A DNA stretch of 32,845 nucleotides from Anaerolineales bacterium. Its GTDB lineage: Bacteria > Chloroflexota > Anaerolineae > Anaerolineales > UBA11579. Positions 1-10,597 of the stretch are shown here, in pieces (within the stretch, counting starts at the first letter, position 1; each line of letters begins with the position of its first letter). Location: assembly GCA_037383445.1 (NCBI GenBank), contig JARROY010000001.1, positions 1 through 32,845 of the forward strand, read 5' to 3'. A model generated the notes under the pieces. It did not search any database, was not told where the DNA came from, and saw only the letters and a program-made list of their open reading frames with translations. The position numbers and the translations under genes were made by a program.

Positions 1-191
1 CCGAGCGGATAAACCTGAAAGGCGGGCTGGCGCTGGTGGTTGGCAGCGAAGGTGATGGAATGCGCAGACTGGTGCGGGAACGCTGTGATCTGTTGATGCG
101 TTTGCCCATGCGCGGGCAGGTCGAATCCTTAAATGCGGCGGTTGCTGGTTCAGTGGCGCTTTACTTGGCCTTGGCAGCGCGCATAGACTAA
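1..191 (+). CDS. SpoU/TrmH-family RNA 2'-O-methyltransferase (RlmB-like), C-terminal fragment; 5' end lies outside the window
   Basis: Frame open from position 3 to TAA at 189-191. It translates to ...[52 protein letters not shown], matching the C-terminal SpoU knot motifs (GSEGxG ... ESLNxxxA). Confidence 0.75.
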   Translation, partial: ERINLKGGLALVVGSEGDGMRRLVRERCDLLMRLPMRGQVESLNAAVAGSVALYLALAARID

Positions 192-241
192 AATCCTCGG
201 AATTAATGGGTGATAACCAATTGTATGCCTCCTGATACAGA

Positions 242-580
242 ATGCCTCTTATGCGCTCGGCAGTTTTAAAGAACCACCTGATTCAGTTCACCAAGCGGGT
301 CAAACAGGAACTGCAGGTCTATCGAATCGTGATGGTGGATGAGAGAACTCCCTGGCTGGCGCGGGTGCTGCTCGGAGCTGCAGTGGGTTACTTGCTGCTG
401 CCGTTCGACCTGATCCCCGATGCGATCCCGATTTTGGGACAGCTGGATGATCTGTTAATCGTGCCGGGCTTGTTTTGGCTGGCGTTGAAGTTGATTCCTG
501 AAGAAATCCTCGAACAGGCTCGTCTGAGTGTGCAGACCGCAGGAAATGAAAGGCTGGAAGGGGACGAAACAGCTTTCTAG
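242..580 (+). CDS. DUF1232 (YkvA-like) small membrane protein
   Basis: 112-aa ORF. The hydrophobic core LLGAAVGYLLLPFDLIPDAIPILGQLDDLLIV matches my memory of the DUF1232 signature (P.DLIPD.IP..G..DD). Confidence 0.65.
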   Translation: MPLMRSAVLKNHLIQFTKRVKQELQVYRIVMVDERTPWLARVLLGAAVGYLLLPFDLIPDAIPILGQLDDLLIVPGLFWLALKLIPEEILEQARLSVQTAGNERLEGDETAF

Positions 581-616
581 AGAATTTGAATGTGTCCCGA
601 TTCCGCGTATTTACCA

Positions 617-645
617 TTGACGCGCGGCCAGATTCACAGTAAACT
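617..645 (+). promoter_or_regulatory. Sigma70-like promoter candidate P1 (TTGACG-N17-TAAACT)
   Basis: TTGACG at 617-622, exactly 17 nt of spacer, TAAACT at 640-645. It lies upstream of the tRNA-tuf cluster. Confidence 0.45.
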
Positions 646-672
646 TTTTCGCTGGCTAGAGACGCGGATATC

Positions 673-701
673 TTGTCGGTGTCTTTTCATTCTGGTATAA
701 T
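673..701 (+). promoter_or_regulatory. Sigma70-like promoter candidate P2 with extended -10 (TTGTCG-N17-TATAAT, TGn at 693-695)
   Basis: TTGTCG at 673-678, 17-nt spacer ending in TGG, and a perfect TATAAT at 696-701. It sits about 60 nt upstream of tRNA-Thr. Confidence 0.55.
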
Positions 702-762
702 CTTTTGGCTCGGAATGGCACCTTAAAAGATGATCACCAACAATCAGCAAAGCTGATTTTCC

Positions 763-835
<73 letters not shown>

Positions 836-910
836 TGTTGTAAGCTGGCGAGTGAGGCTGAAGCCATTCAGCGTCGCTCCCTAGCCAACAACGGCTAGCA
901 TTATTGCCAT

Positions 911-993
911 GGGCAGGTACCCAAGCGGCCAAAGGGGACTGACTGTAAATCAGTTGTCAGACGACTTCGGGGGTTCGAATCCCTCCCTGCCCA
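911..993 (+). tRNA. tRNA-Tyr (anticodon GUA), class II with long variable arm
   Basis: Acceptor GGGCAGG/CCTGCCC, anticodon arm ACTGA-CTGTAAA-TCAGT, 14-nt variable arm, T arm GGGGG-TTCGAAT-CCCTC. 83 nt, no encoded CCA. Confidence 0.95.
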
Positions 994-996
994 CAG

Positions 997-1100
997 AGAA
1001 GTTGCCATTGGCAACTTCTTTGAATGTACTTTCACATTCAAAGCGAGAAAACGGAGAAATTGATCCGATCAATTCCTTCGAGCAATCGGATTTCCGATTG
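997..1100 (+). other. Four consecutive short inverted repeats (hairpins) filling the tRNA-Tyr/tRNA-Thr spacer
   Basis: 997-1019 agaagttgcc/att/ggcaacttct (10 bp); 1021-1040 tgaatgt/actttc/acattca (7 bp); 1058-1074 aattgatc/c/gatcaatt (8-nt arms); 1083-1100 caatcgga/tt/tccgattg (8-nt arms). Confidence 0.7.
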
Positions 1101-1103
1101 TAT

Positions 1104-1176
1104 GCCTCCATAGCTCAGGCGGTAGAGCGCATTCTTGGTAAGAATGAGGTCATGGGTTCGAGTCCCATTGGAGGCT
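1104..1176 (+). tRNA. tRNA-Thr (anticodon GGU)
   Basis: Acceptor GCCTCCA/TGGAGGC, anticodon arm CATTC-TTGGTAA-GAATG, T arm ATGGG-TTCGAGT-CCCAT. 73 nt, no encoded CCA. Confidence 0.95.
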
Positions 1177-1214
1177 CTCGAAATTAGCTGATGAAATTAT
1201 AAGGAGATAGATTG

Positions 1215-2417
<1,203 letters not shown>

Positions 2418-2420
2418 ACT

Positions 2421-2732
2421 ATGGCAGTTAAGCAAAAAATCCGCATAAGATTGAAAGCATATGACCATCGCGTTCTCGACCAATCCGCCAAACGGATTGT
2501 CGAGACTGCTGAGCGAACAGGTGCAAGAGTAGTAGGGCCTGTGCCGCTGCCAACAAAACGAGAGCGATTTACTGTACGACGCTCAACGTTTATTGATAAA
2601 GATTCACACGAGCACTTTGAGATCCGGACTCACAACCGTTTGATTGATGTATTGGATCCGGACTCGAAAACCATTGATATGCTCATGCGGCTGAATTTGC
2701 CGGCTGGTGTGGATATTGAAATTAAGATATAA
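2421..2732 (+). CDS. rpsJ: 30S ribosomal protein S10
   Basis: 103 aa, [15 protein letters not shown]...; the start is 3 nt after the tuf stop. Confidence 0.97.
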   Translation: MAVKQKIRIRLKAYDHRVLDQSAKRIVETAERTGARVVGPVPLPTKRERFTVRRSTFIDKDSHEHFEIRTHNRLIDVLDPDSKTIDMLMRLNLPAGVDIEIKI

Positions 2733-2786
2733 TTGGCGTTTGCCCCAGGTTGCATTAGTCCTAGTGTGATCTGGCTTTACAACAAA

Positions 2787-2810
2787 GTTCTCTGGCATTT
2801 GCCAAAGAAC
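2787..2810 (+). other. Hairpin 1 in the rpsJ-rplC spacer
   Basis: gttctctggc / attt / gccaaagaac: 10-bp stem with one C-A mismatch. Confidence 0.5.
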
Positions 2811-2848
2811 GAATAGCAGTGAAAGAGCACATCTATCAGGAAGCATCC

Positions 2849-2870
2849 AATCCACGGCTTTCTGTGGATT
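2849..2870 (+). other. Hairpin 2 in the rpsJ-rplC spacer
   Basis: aatccacgg / cttt / ctgtggatt: 9-bp stem including one G-U pair. It is followed by only a 3-nt T run, so it is not a canonical terminator. Confidence 0.5.
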
Positions 2871-2955
2871 TGCTGACTACACGGCTAAAGGATGATGGAG
2901 CCCAGCCCGGCTTACAGTCCTGCAAAATTTTGAAAAATTTAGGAGCACAACTGAT

Positions 2956-3585
2956 ATGTTAAAAGGGCTTATTGGCAAGAAAATCGGAATGACCCAGATT
3001 TTCGACGAAGACGGTGCCTCTGTGCCGATCACACTTCTCGAAGCTGGGCCTTGCTATGTTACCCAGGTACGCACACCAAAGTATGATCAATACAGTGCCG
3101 TACAATTGGGATTCGGCGAGATAAAGCCTGCCCGCCTAACCGGAGGTCAGTTGGGACACCTGAGCAATGCTGGTGCACCCCCTCTCCGGTTTTTGCGCGA
3201 ATTTCGGGTAAAAGACCATGACCTGAAAATAGGCGATAAAGTCACCGCAGAAGTCTTTTCTATTGGAGATTATGTGGATGTGATTGGCACCAGTAAAGGT
3301 AAAGGTTTTGCTGGAGCGATGAAACGTCACAATTTCCGCGGTGGCCCTATAACCCATGGACAGTCAGACCGCCAGCGAGCCGTCGGTTCAATTGGCGCTA
3401 CCTCTGGGACCGGACGGGTATTCAAAGGTAAAAAGATGCCTGGCCGGATGGGAAATGAACGTGTGACTGCCCAGAACTTGAAAGTCGTCCTGGTGGATGC
3501 AGACCGCAATCTAATTGGTGTTCGCGGTGCTGTTCCTGGATCTAAGGGCGGTTTGGTGCTGATAAAGGAGGCGCGCAAGCAGTAA
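2956..3585 (+). CDS. rplC: 50S ribosomal protein L3
   Basis: 209 aa, MLKGLIGKKIGMTQIFDEDG...; AGGAG lies 10 nt upstream. Confidence 0.97.
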   Translation: MLKGLIGKKIGMTQIFDEDGASVPITLLEAGPCYVTQVRTPKYDQYSAVQLGFGEIKPARLTGGQLGHLSNAGAPPLRFLREFRVKDHDLKIGDKVTAEVFSIGDYVDVIGTSKGKGFAGAMKRHNFRGGPITHGQSDRQRAVGSIGATSGTGRVFKGKKMPGRMGNERVTAQNLKVVLVDADRNLIGVRGAVPGSKGGLVLIKEARKQ

Positions 3586-3616
3586 TTGCCTTGGCAATTA
3601 CCACGCGAGGTAAACC

Positions 3617-4252
3617 ATGAAAGTAGATGTTTACACACTTACTGGCAAGAAAACCAGCGAAACGGTTGAACTGCCTGCTGAAATTTTTGAAGCCCCCGTG
3701 AATGTTGATTTGATGCACCAGGCCTACATGCGCCAGTTGTCTAACGCACGACGTGGTACGCACAGTACCAAAGGACGCAGCGAGGTGAGCGGTGGCGGCG
3801 CCAAACCCTGGCGGCAGAAGGGTACCGGGCGAGCACGACAGGGATCTAACCGGGCAGCTCAATGGGTAGGTGGCGGAAAGGTTCATACCCCTAAACCACG
3901 TTCTTACGAGAAAACCATGCCCAGAAAGATGCGCCGGGCTGCCTTACGTTCCGCTCTGTCCGTCAAAGCTGCCGAACAGGAAATCGTCGTCGTGGACGAA
4001 CTGAAATTAAAAGAACCGAAGACAAAAGAGATGCACGCTGCACTTCAAAAGCTGCTGGGTGAAGGTTCTGCACTAATATTGCTGCCGGAAAAAGGTGAGA
4101 ACGAAGAACTCGTTGTTCGTTCTGCCCGCAACCTGCCTTATGCAAAAACTTTACTCGCCAGCTACCTCAATGTGCGCGATCTGCTTGGCTACGACAAGAT
4201 CGTCATGCCGGCAGCAGTCATTGATGTGCTCTCGAGTCATTTAGGTAAATAA
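3617..4252 (+). CDS. rplD: 50S ribosomal protein L4
   Basis: 211 aa with GGGAKPWRQKGTGRARQGS motif. Confidence 0.97.
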   Translation: MKVDVYTLTGKKTSETVELPAEIFEAPVNVDLMHQAYMRQLSNARRGTHSTKGRSEVSGGGAKPWRQKGTGRARQGSNRAAQWVGGGKVHTPKPRSYEKTMPRKMRRAALRSALSVKAAEQEIVVVDELKLKEPKTKEMHAALQKLLGEGSALILLPEKGENEELVVRSARNLPYAKTLLASYLNVRDLLGYDKIVMPAAVIDVLSSHLGK

Positions 4253-4270
4253 GGCAAAGAGAGGTAAATT

Positions 4271-4576
4271 ATGACGACCAATCTTTACGAAATCCTTCGG
4301 CGACCGATCATCACCGAGAAATCCAATTTCCAGAACAACAAGCTCAATCAGGTTGTTTTCGAAGTTGCCGGTTATGCGACCAAACCGATGATCAAGGAAG
4401 CCGTTGAATTGATTTTCAATGTAGAAGTATTACGGGTCAATGTGAGTATTGCACCTGCCAAGAAAAAGATGGCTGGAACGAGCCGCCGTCTTGTAAATCG
4501 CAGGAAACCCTTTAAAAAAGCAGTCATCACGCTTGCCCCAGGCGATTCGATTGATATCTTTGAAGGGGTTTACTAA
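4271..4576 (+). CDS. rplW: 50S ribosomal protein L23
   Basis: 101 aa, [11 protein letters not shown]...; position in the S10 operon. Confidence 0.95.
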   Translation: MTTNLYEILRRPIITEKSNFQNNKLNQVVFEVAGYATKPMIKEAVELIFNVEVLRVNVSIAPAKKKMAGTSRRLVNRRKPFKKAVITLAPGDSIDIFEGVY

Positions 4577-5412
4577 TGGCAGTTAAGAAATATAAACCCA
4601 CAACTCCCGGCCGCCGGGATATGACCAGCTACACCTTTGAGGAGATAACCTCCACTACACCAGAAAAATCTCTGGTCAAGACCAACCGCAAGCGTGGTGG
4701 CCGAAACAATCTTGGACGGATCACGGTCCGCCATCGCGGTGGAGGAAGCAAAAGAAAAATCCGTTTGGTGGATTTCAAACGTGATAAGCGCGGAATCCCC
4801 GCCCGTGTAGCCACTATTGAGTATGACCCGAACCGCACCGCCCGCCTGGCATTACTCAATTATGCTGACGGTGAGAAACGTTATATTATTGCCCCGTTAG
4901 GTGTGCGCGTAGGTGACTCATTAGAAGCTGGTCCAGATGTCGATATCCGGCCCGGAAATGCGCTGCCTATCGCTAATATCCCGACGGGCACCATGATCCA
5001 TAACATCGAACTGAAAGAAGGGAGAGGCGGCCAGATGGTGCGCTCTGCAGGTGCTGCAGCCCAGCTGATGGCCAAAGAAGGCGATTATGCCCAGGTGCGC
5101 CTGCCCTCCGGAGAAGTACGTCTTGTCCGTCAGGTTTGCTATGCAACCATCGGACAGATTGGAAATGTAGACCATGGCAATATCCGGCTTGGAAAAGCTG
5201 GACGTAAACGAAATAAAGGTATTCGCCCGACAGTTCGCGGTTCTGCAATGAGCCCACGCGACCATCCACATGGGGGTGGTGAAGGTCGGTCTCCGATTGG
5301 TATGCCAAGCCCGAAATCCCCTTGGGGACAGAAGACCCTTGGATACCGAACACGCCGGAATAAGACGACAGACAAGTATATTGTCCGCAGACGTCGAAAG
5401 AAACGCCGCTAG
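4576..5412 (+). CDS. rplB: 50S ribosomal protein L2
   Basis: 278 aa, [29 protein letters not shown] overlap with rplW. Confidence 0.98.
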   Translation: MAVKKYKPTTPGRRDMTSYTFEEITSTTPEKSLVKTNRKRGGRNNLGRITVRHRGGGSKRKIRLVDFKRDKRGIPARVATIEYDPNRTARLALLNYADGEKRYIIAPLGVRVGDSLEAGPDVDIRPGNALPIANIPTGTMIHNIELKEGRGGQMVRSAGAAAQLMAKEGDYAQVRLPSGEVRLVRQVCYATIGQIGNVDHGNIRLGKAGRKRNKGIRPTVRGSAMSPRDHPHGGGEGRSPIGMPSPKSPWGQKTLGYRTRRNKTTDKYIVRRRRKKRR

Positions 5413-5431
5413 GATTAATGGAGTTTGAATT

Positions 5432-5704
5432 ATGGGACGTTCACTTAAAAAAGGACCCTTCGTAGATCCGAAATTGATGAAACGGATCGAGATGATGAAT
5501 GAAAAAAATGAGAAAAAGGTGGTTCGCACCTGGAGCCGGGCCAGCACGATCTTCCCACAAATGGTGGGGCATACAGTTGCCGTGCATGATGGCCGCCGTC
5601 ACGTGCCGATCTACATCACCGAGAACATGGTTGGACACCGGTTGGGCGAATTTGCTCCAACCCGAACTTTCCGCGGCCATGTTCAGGAAAGGAAAAGAAG
5701 GTAG
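5432..5704 (+). CDS. rpsS: 30S ribosomal protein S19
   Basis: 90 aa, [12 protein letters not shown]... Confidence 0.97.
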   Translation: MGRSLKKGPFVDPKLMKRIEMMNEKNEKKVVRTWSRASTIFPQMVGHTVAVHDGRRHVPIYITENMVGHRLGEFAPTRTFRGHVQERKRR

Positions 5705-5714
5705 GAGGTAACCA

Positions 5715-6062
5715 ATGGCTAACGATTATAGAGCAGTCGCCAAAGAACTTCCTATTTCGGCGCAAAAAACACGCCTTGTGATCGACCTTGTGCGCGGCAA
5801 AGATGTGGTCGATGCGTTGAATACTCTGAAGTTTGTTCAGAACCGGGCAGCAAAACCTGTTTATAAAGTTGTTCGCTCTGCCATGATCAATGCAGAAGAA
5901 AACTTCGGTATCAGCCGCGGCAATCTATATGTACATAAAATCTTTGCTGATGAAGGCCGCACGATGAAACGTGGCCGTTTTGGCGGACGAGGACGATACA
6001 AACCGCGTCTGCGCCGCTCATCGCATGTGACCGTTATCTTGCGCGAGCGAGACGAGAATTAG
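5715..6062 (+). CDS. rplV: 50S ribosomal protein L22
   Basis: 115 aa; operon position and L22-like sequence. Confidence 0.95.
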   Translation: MANDYRAVAKELPISAQKTRLVIDLVRGKDVVDALNTLKFVQNRAAKPVYKVVRSAMINAEENFGISRGNLYVHKIFADEGRTMKRGRFGGRGRYKPRLRRSSHVTVILRERDEN

Positions 6063-6078
6063 GAATAGGAGTAACTAT

Positions 6079-6756
6079 ATGGGTCGTAAAGTAAATCCAA
6101 TTGGCTTTCGCTTGGGTGTAAATAAAACCTGGGAAGGAAGATGGTACGCGGAAGGCCAAGATTACACAGAACAACTCCATCAAGACTTTGCCGTTCGCGA
6201 CTTGATTAAAAACCATTCACCCCGTGCCGGGATTTCAAAGATCGAAATAGAACGCTTCCCTGGAAACGTTCGCATCTTTGTCCACACGTCAAAACCTGGC
6301 GTGCTCATCGGCCGCAAAGGCGAAAATGTCAAAGCGATGCGCAAAGAACTTGAAGTTTTGATTGGCAAGAAAATTGACCTCCAGATAAAAGAGATCAAAG
6401 ATCCGGATCTGGATGCCTACTTGGTGGCGGTAAACATAGCTGAACAACTTGAACGCCGCATCAGCTACCGGAGGGCAATGCGCCGGGCACTCTCGCAGAT
6501 TATGCGAGCAGGTGCCGAAGGTGCAAAGATTGAAGTTGCCGGACGTGTCGGTGGCTCCGATATGGCTCGCCGGGTTTGGCTGCGTGAGGGGCGGGTTCCG
6601 CTGCACACCCTGCGTGCTGACATTGATTATGCCGTTGCAAAAGCAGTTACCACCTACAGCGTGATCGGAATAAAAGTTTGGATCTACAAAGGGGAGATCC
6701 TTCCGAAACCCGAAGAAGAAATGGAAAGTACCGAAGGCGTTTACGTTAGCGAGTAA
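6079..6756 (+). CDS. rpsC: 30S ribosomal protein S3
   Basis: 225 aa, [13 protein letters not shown]..., KH domain. Confidence 0.97.
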   Translation: MGRKVNPIGFRLGVNKTWEGRWYAEGQDYTEQLHQDFAVRDLIKNHSPRAGISKIEIERFPGNVRIFVHTSKPGVLIGRKGENVKAMRKELEVLIGKKIDLQIKEIKDPDLDAYLVAVNIAEQLERRISYRRAMRRALSQIMRAGAEGAKIEVAGRVGGSDMARRVWLREGRVPLHTLRADIDYAVAKAVTTYSVIGIKVWIYKGEILPKPEEEMESTEGVYVSE

Positions 6757-6791
6757 GCCCTGGCGGAAAAAAGAAATTAAGAGGTTTTATT

Positions 6792-7217
6792 ATGTTGATG
6801 CCAAAACGTGTGAAATACCGCAAGCAAATGCGCGGCCGCATGAAGGGTAAAGCCAGCCGGGGCGCTGAGGTGCAATTCGGTGAATTCGGTCTGCAGGCAT
6901 TGGAACCCGGATGGGTTTCAGCTCGCCAGCTCGAGGCTGCCCGACGTGCTATCGTCCGTGCTGCCCGCCGCCGCGGTAAAGTTTGGATCCGCGTCTTCCC
7001 AGATAAACCAATTACCCAGCGAGCGGCAGAATCCCGAATGGGTAAGGGAAAAGGTGCGGTGGAATATTGGGCTGCAGTGATTAAACCAGGACGGATCCTG
7101 TTTGAGGTTGGCGGTATGCCTGAAGAGGTTGCCCGCGAAGCGCTGCGTCGTGCCCGCTACAAAATCTCGGTGAAGACAAAGATTGTGGCTGCCCACGAAA
7201 GAGCAGGAGGTTCCTAA
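6792..7217 (+). CDS. rplP: 50S ribosomal protein L16
   Basis: 141 aa, [19 protein letters not shown]... Confidence 0.97.
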   Translation: MLMPKRVKYRKQMRGRMKGKASRGAEVQFGEFGLQALEPGWVSARQLEAARRAIVRAARRRGKVWIRVFPDKPITQRAAESRMGKGKGAVEYWAAVIKPGRILFEVGGMPEEVAREALRRARYKISVKTKIVAAHERAGGS

Positions 7218-7432
7218 TGAATGCTGCAGAAATCCGCGATATGAAAATTGAGGACATCCAGGAAGAATTGGATAATGCCCGTGAATCTCTGATGCGCTTA
7301 CGTTTTCAGCTGACGACCGGAGAACTGACGGATCATAACCAGATCCGGTTGACCCGCCGCAATATTGCACGGATGATTACGATCATGAAGCAGCTCACCG
7401 ATGAGCAAAATGAGAAAGAAGGTGAAGCATGA
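7217..7432 (+). CDS. rpmC: 50S ribosomal protein L29
   Basis: 71 aa; TAATG overlap with rplP; operon position. Confidence 0.93.
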   Translation: MNAAEIRDMKIEDIQEELDNARESLMRLRFQLTTGELTDHNQIRLTRRNIARMITIMKQLTDEQNEKEGEA

Positions 7433-7698
7433 ACACTCGTCGAAAACTAACTGGCGTAGTTGTAAAAAACAAGATGGACAAGACTGTTGTGGTGGAAATC
7501 ACTCGCCACTACCGCCATCCGCTTTACCGCAAGGTAGTCACAAACCTCAACCGGGTAAAAGCCCATGATGAGCTTTCATGTTCTATTGGAGACAAAGTAA
7601 CCATTATTGAGACGAAACCGATCTCCAAGACCAAACGTTGGGCTGTCATAGAAATTCTCAAGCGTGAAGAACGGCTTGAAGACATACCGGAGGCTTAA
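7429..7698 (+). CDS. rpsQ: 30S ribosomal protein S17
   Basis: 89 aa; ATGA overlap with rpmC; KTVVVEI...HPLYRK motif. Confidence 0.95.
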   Translation: MNTRRKLTGVVVKNKMDKTVVVEITRHYRHPLYRKVVTNLNRVKAHDELSCSIGDKVTIIETKPISKTKRWAVIEILKREERLEDIPEA

Positions 7699-7700
7699 TC

Positions 7701-8072
7701 ATGATCCAGGTTGAATCACGAGTCAAAGTCGCCGATAACACCGGTGCCCGCGAACTTTTGGTCATCAAGGTATTGGGTGGCTCTGTTCGCCGCTATGGGC
7801 ATGTGGGTGATGTAGTGGTCGCCACGGTAAAATCTGCCACGCCTCATGGTAGTGTCAAGAAAAGTGACGTGGTCAAAGCGGTAATTGTCCGGACGGCAAA
7901 AGAATGGCGCCGGGATGACGGCTCTTATATCCGGTTTGATGACAATGCTGCCGTGATCCTTGATACTGACGGTAAAAATCCTAAGGGTACCCGCATCTTT
8001 GGCCCGGTTGCCAGAGAACTGCGTGAACTTGGCTACATGAGAATTGTTTCTCTGGCGCCAGAAGTACTCTAG
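7701..8072 (+). CDS. rplN: 50S ribosomal protein L14
   Basis: 123 aa, [16 protein letters not shown]... Confidence 0.97.
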   Translation: MIQVESRVKVADNTGARELLVIKVLGGSVRRYGHVGDVVVATVKSATPHGSVKKSDVVKAVIVRTAKEWRRDDGSYIRFDDNAAVILDTDGKNPKGTRIFGPVARELRELGYMRIVSLAPEVL

Positions 8073-8098
8073 ATCGCAGAATGATGAGAAGGTGAAGT

Positions 8099-8437
8099 AT
8101 GAGTAAAAAGATGAAAATTAAAAAAGGCGATACCGTACAGGTGATCACAGGTCCGCGTGATGACAAAGGCAAACGCGGCGAGGTCATCCGGGTACTCCCA
8201 AAGGAAAACCGGATTGTGGTGCAGGGTGTCAATATGCGAAAGAAGCACCAGCGCCAGTTTCAGGCGGAAGGCCGCACCATGAATCCTGGGATCATTGAGT
8301 TTGAAGGATCCTTCGATATCTCGAATGTCATGTTGGTGTGCCCCAGCTGTGATGAGATGACCCGAGTCACTATCCGGAGAGATGAAAATGGATTACCGTA
8401 TCGCGTTTGCCGCAAATGCGGTAAAGATATTGAATAG
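8099..8437 (+). CDS. rplX: 50S ribosomal protein L24 (four-cysteine, zinc-ribbon-like C terminus)
   Basis: 112 aa, [23 protein letters not shown] (KOW motif). C81-x2-C84 ... C104-x2-C107 in the C-terminal part. Confidence 0.95.
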   Translation: MSKKMKIKKGDTVQVITGPRDDKGKRGEVIRVLPKENRIVVQGVNMRKKHQRQFQAEGRTMNPGIIEFEGSFDISNVMLVCPSCDEMTRVTIRRDENGLPYRVCRKCGKDIE

Positions 8438-8451
8438 TTTGGAGAAAGACA

Positions 8452-9000
8452 ATGGCGATGCGATTAAAAGAAAAATATGATAAAGAAATCACTCCAGCGC
8501 TCCAAGAAAGATTAAAGCTGGATAACGTGATGCAGGTGCCGCGTGTTGAAAAGGTCGTCCTGAATATCGGCATGGGTGAAGCGTTGGAGAATGCAAAGGC
8601 GCTCGATGCCGCGGTGGAAGACCTTACCAAAATTACCGGTCAGAAACCGATTGTTACCATCTCTCGGAAGAACATCGCGAACTTCAAGTTGCGTGAGGGA
8701 CGGGCGATTGGCACCAAAGTAACTTTGCGTGGAGAAAGGATGTGGTCTTTCCTCGACCGTCTGATGAACGTTGCTCTCCCGCGTATGCGCGATTTTCGGG
8801 GTGTCAATCCAGACTCTTTCGATGGCAGAGGAAACTACACCATGGGATTTCAGGAACAGCTGATTTTTCCTGAAATTGATTATGACGAGATTGATAAAGT
8901 GCGCGGTTTTGAGGTGACGATTGTCACGTCTGCTGATAACGATGAAGGTGGTCGAGAACTGCTCCGAATGCTCGGCATGCCCTTTGGAATAGAAGGATAG
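8452..9000 (+). CDS. rplE: 50S ribosomal protein L5
   Basis: 182 aa; L5-like sequence and operon position. Confidence 0.97.
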   Translation: MAMRLKEKYDKEITPALQERLKLDNVMQVPRVEKVVLNIGMGEALENAKALDAAVEDLTKITGQKPIVTISRKNIANFKLREGRAIGTKVTLRGERMWSFLDRLMNVALPRMRDFRGVNPDSFDGRGNYTMGFQEQLIFPEIDYDEIDKVRGFEVTIVTSADNDEGGRELLRMLGMPFGIEG

Positions 9001-9005
9001 AAATT

Positions 9006-9188
9006 ATGGCAAAAAAATCTATGATTATCCGTGAATCCAGGCGAAAATATCCCGGCCGTGTCCGGAACCGCTGTAAAAAATGCGGTCGTCCGCGTGGCTA
9101 TATCCGACGATTTGGACTGTGCCGAATTTGCTTTAGAGAATTAGCGCTCGATGGCAAAATCCCCGGTGTCACCAAATCATCCTGGTAG
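9006..9188 (+). CDS. rpsN: 30S ribosomal protein S14, short type-Z zinc-binding form
   Basis: 60 aa with [20 protein letters not shown] (CxxC-N12-CxxC) and terminal KSSW. Confidence 0.95.
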   Translation: MAKKSMIIRESRRKYPGRVRNRCKKCGRPRGYIRRFGLCRICFRELALDGKIPGVTKSSW

Positions 9189-9201
9189 GATGGAGTGAGA
9201 A

Positions 9202-9615
9202 ATGACAGTAAATGATCCCATTTCTGATATGTTGACTCGTATTCGCAACGGCATTATGGCAGAACACAAGCTGGTCTCGATGCCGAGTTCGAAGATGAAA
9301 ACTTCTATCGCCCAGATTCTCAAAGAAGAAGGCTATATTGAAGGTTTTGATGTCGTGGATGGTGATAAACCCCACGTAAAAATATTGCGGGTTCGCCTTA
9401 AATATATTGGCGAACGACGCTCTCGTCGCTCCGTGATCGCTGGTCTGGAACGCATCAGTAAGCCGGGATGCAGAATATATACCAAGAAACAGGATATCCC
9501 GTGGATTTTCTCTGGGCTTGGGATTGCTATACTCTCCACCCCCAAAGGTGTGATGACCGGCCAACGCGCTCGTCAAGTTGGAGTTGGCGGCGAAATACTC
9601 TGTAAGGTTTGGTAG
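9202..9615 (+). CDS. rpsH: 30S ribosomal protein S8
   Basis: 137 aa, [13 protein letters not shown]... Confidence 0.97.
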   Translation: MTVNDPISDMLTRIRNGIMAEHKLVSMPSSKMKTSIAQILKEEGYIEGFDVVDGDKPHVKILRVRLKYIGERRSRRSVIAGLERISKPGCRIYTKKQDIPWIFSGLGIAILSTPKGVMTGQRARQVGVGGEILCKVW

Positions 9616-9664
9616 CCAATTGGCTGGCCAGCCTGCAAGAGGATAAATATGGAGGTTTTATTAA

Positions 9665-10207
9665 ATGTCTAGAATAGGACGCTTACCGATTGAAGTGCCC
9701 GGCGGCGTTGAAGTGGAGATCAAAGGTACCCACATTCGCGTCAAAGGTCCTAAAGGCGAGCTCTCCCACACGTTTCCCCCGGTGATCAAGATCACCAAAG
9801 AGGATGGGATCCTGACTGTGGAGCGCCTTTCAGATGAGAAGTATCCCCGGTCCATGCATGGAACGGCGCGTTCGATCATCAATAATATGGTTGAGGGTGT
9901 AACCAAGGGATTTGAGAAGTTTTTAGAGATCCAAGGTGTTGGTTACCGCGCTGAGATGGATGGCAAAAAGCTCGTGCTGAGCTTGGGCTATTCACACAAT
10001 ATTGAGGTTGACCCGCCCGAAGGGATTACCTTTGAAGTGCTGGAACGCAACAATCTCATTCGAGTAGCGGGTTTTGATAAACAAGTTGTTGGCCAAATAT
10101 CCGCCGAAATCCGAGGAACGCGCCCGGTTGAACCCTACAAAGGGAAGGGTATTCGCTACCGCGGTGAATACGTTCGCCGCAAAGCTGGTAAGGCTGGGAA
10201 GGTTTAG
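9665..10207 (+). CDS. rplF: 50S ribosomal protein L6
   Basis: 180 aa, MSRIGRLPIEVP... Confidence 0.97.
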   Translation: MSRIGRLPIEVPGGVEVEIKGTHIRVKGPKGELSHTFPPVIKITKEDGILTVERLSDEKYPRSMHGTARSIINNMVEGVTKGFEKFLEIQGVGYRAEMDGKKLVLSLGYSHNIEVDPPEGITFEVLERNNLIRVAGFDKQVVGQISAEIRGTRPVEPYKGKGIRYRGEYVRRKAGKAGKV

Positions 10208-10217
10208 AGGTTGAGAA

Positions 10218-10583
10218 ATGGCTAGAATTAATCGTAAAAAAGCACGCATCAAACGCCATCAGAGAGTGCGCAATCATCTCAGTGGTACGCCTGATCGGCC
10301 CCGCTTGGCAGTCTTTCGCAGCTTAACTGAGATTTATGCACAGGTCATTGATGATGAAGCCGGTACCACGCTGGTATCTGCCTCAAGCGTTGACAAAGAA
10401 CTGCGCAGCCAAATGGCTGGCAAAAACAAAACCGAACAGGCTCGCATCGTTGGCGAAGCTGTGGCGAATCGCGCCAAAGATAAAGGCGTCTCGCAGGTCG
10501 TATTCGACCGCGGCGGATTTAAATATATCGGCCGAATTAAGGCACTGGCAGACGGTGCCCGAGAGGGAGGCCTTAAGTTCTAA
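10218..10583 (+). CDS. rplR: 50S ribosomal protein L18
   Basis: 121 aa; RLAVFRS...IYAQVIDD; C-terminal ARE(G)GL(K)F. Confidence 0.96.
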   Translation: MARINRKKARIKRHQRVRNHLSGTPDRPRLAVFRSLTEIYAQVIDDEAGTTLVSASSVDKELRSQMAGKNKTEQARIVGEAVANRAKDKGVSQVVFDRGGFKYIGRIKALADGAREGGLKF

Positions 10584-10597
10584 GGCAGGAGAGACAC

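Noticed and set aside
230-242. 13-nt exact repeat attgtatgcctcc at 230-242 and 1097-1109 (the second copy runs into the 5' end of tRNA-Thr(GGU)), considered as a possible att-like duplication flanking an insertion
   Set aside because: A 13-mer match is expected by chance several times in a 33-kb window. The similarity does not extend beyond it. Integrase att sites normally involve the tRNA 3' end, and no integrase is present.
994-1103. Idea that the Tyr-Thr spacer is a decayed tRNA-Gly (glyT occupies this slot in E. coli)
   Set aside because: There is no T-loop (GTTCRA) remnant, no acceptor-stem pairing between the ends, and the four hairpins do not form a cloverleaf.
4921-5547. 208-aa minus-strand ORF opposite rplB/rpsS, and similar shadows at 6918-7370 (-), 16545-17051 (-), 28492-29226 (+) and 3327-3886 (-)
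   Set aside because: Each overlaps a confidently identified conserved gene on the other strand and shows no start-site signals or family resemblance. They are typical antisense shadow ORFs.
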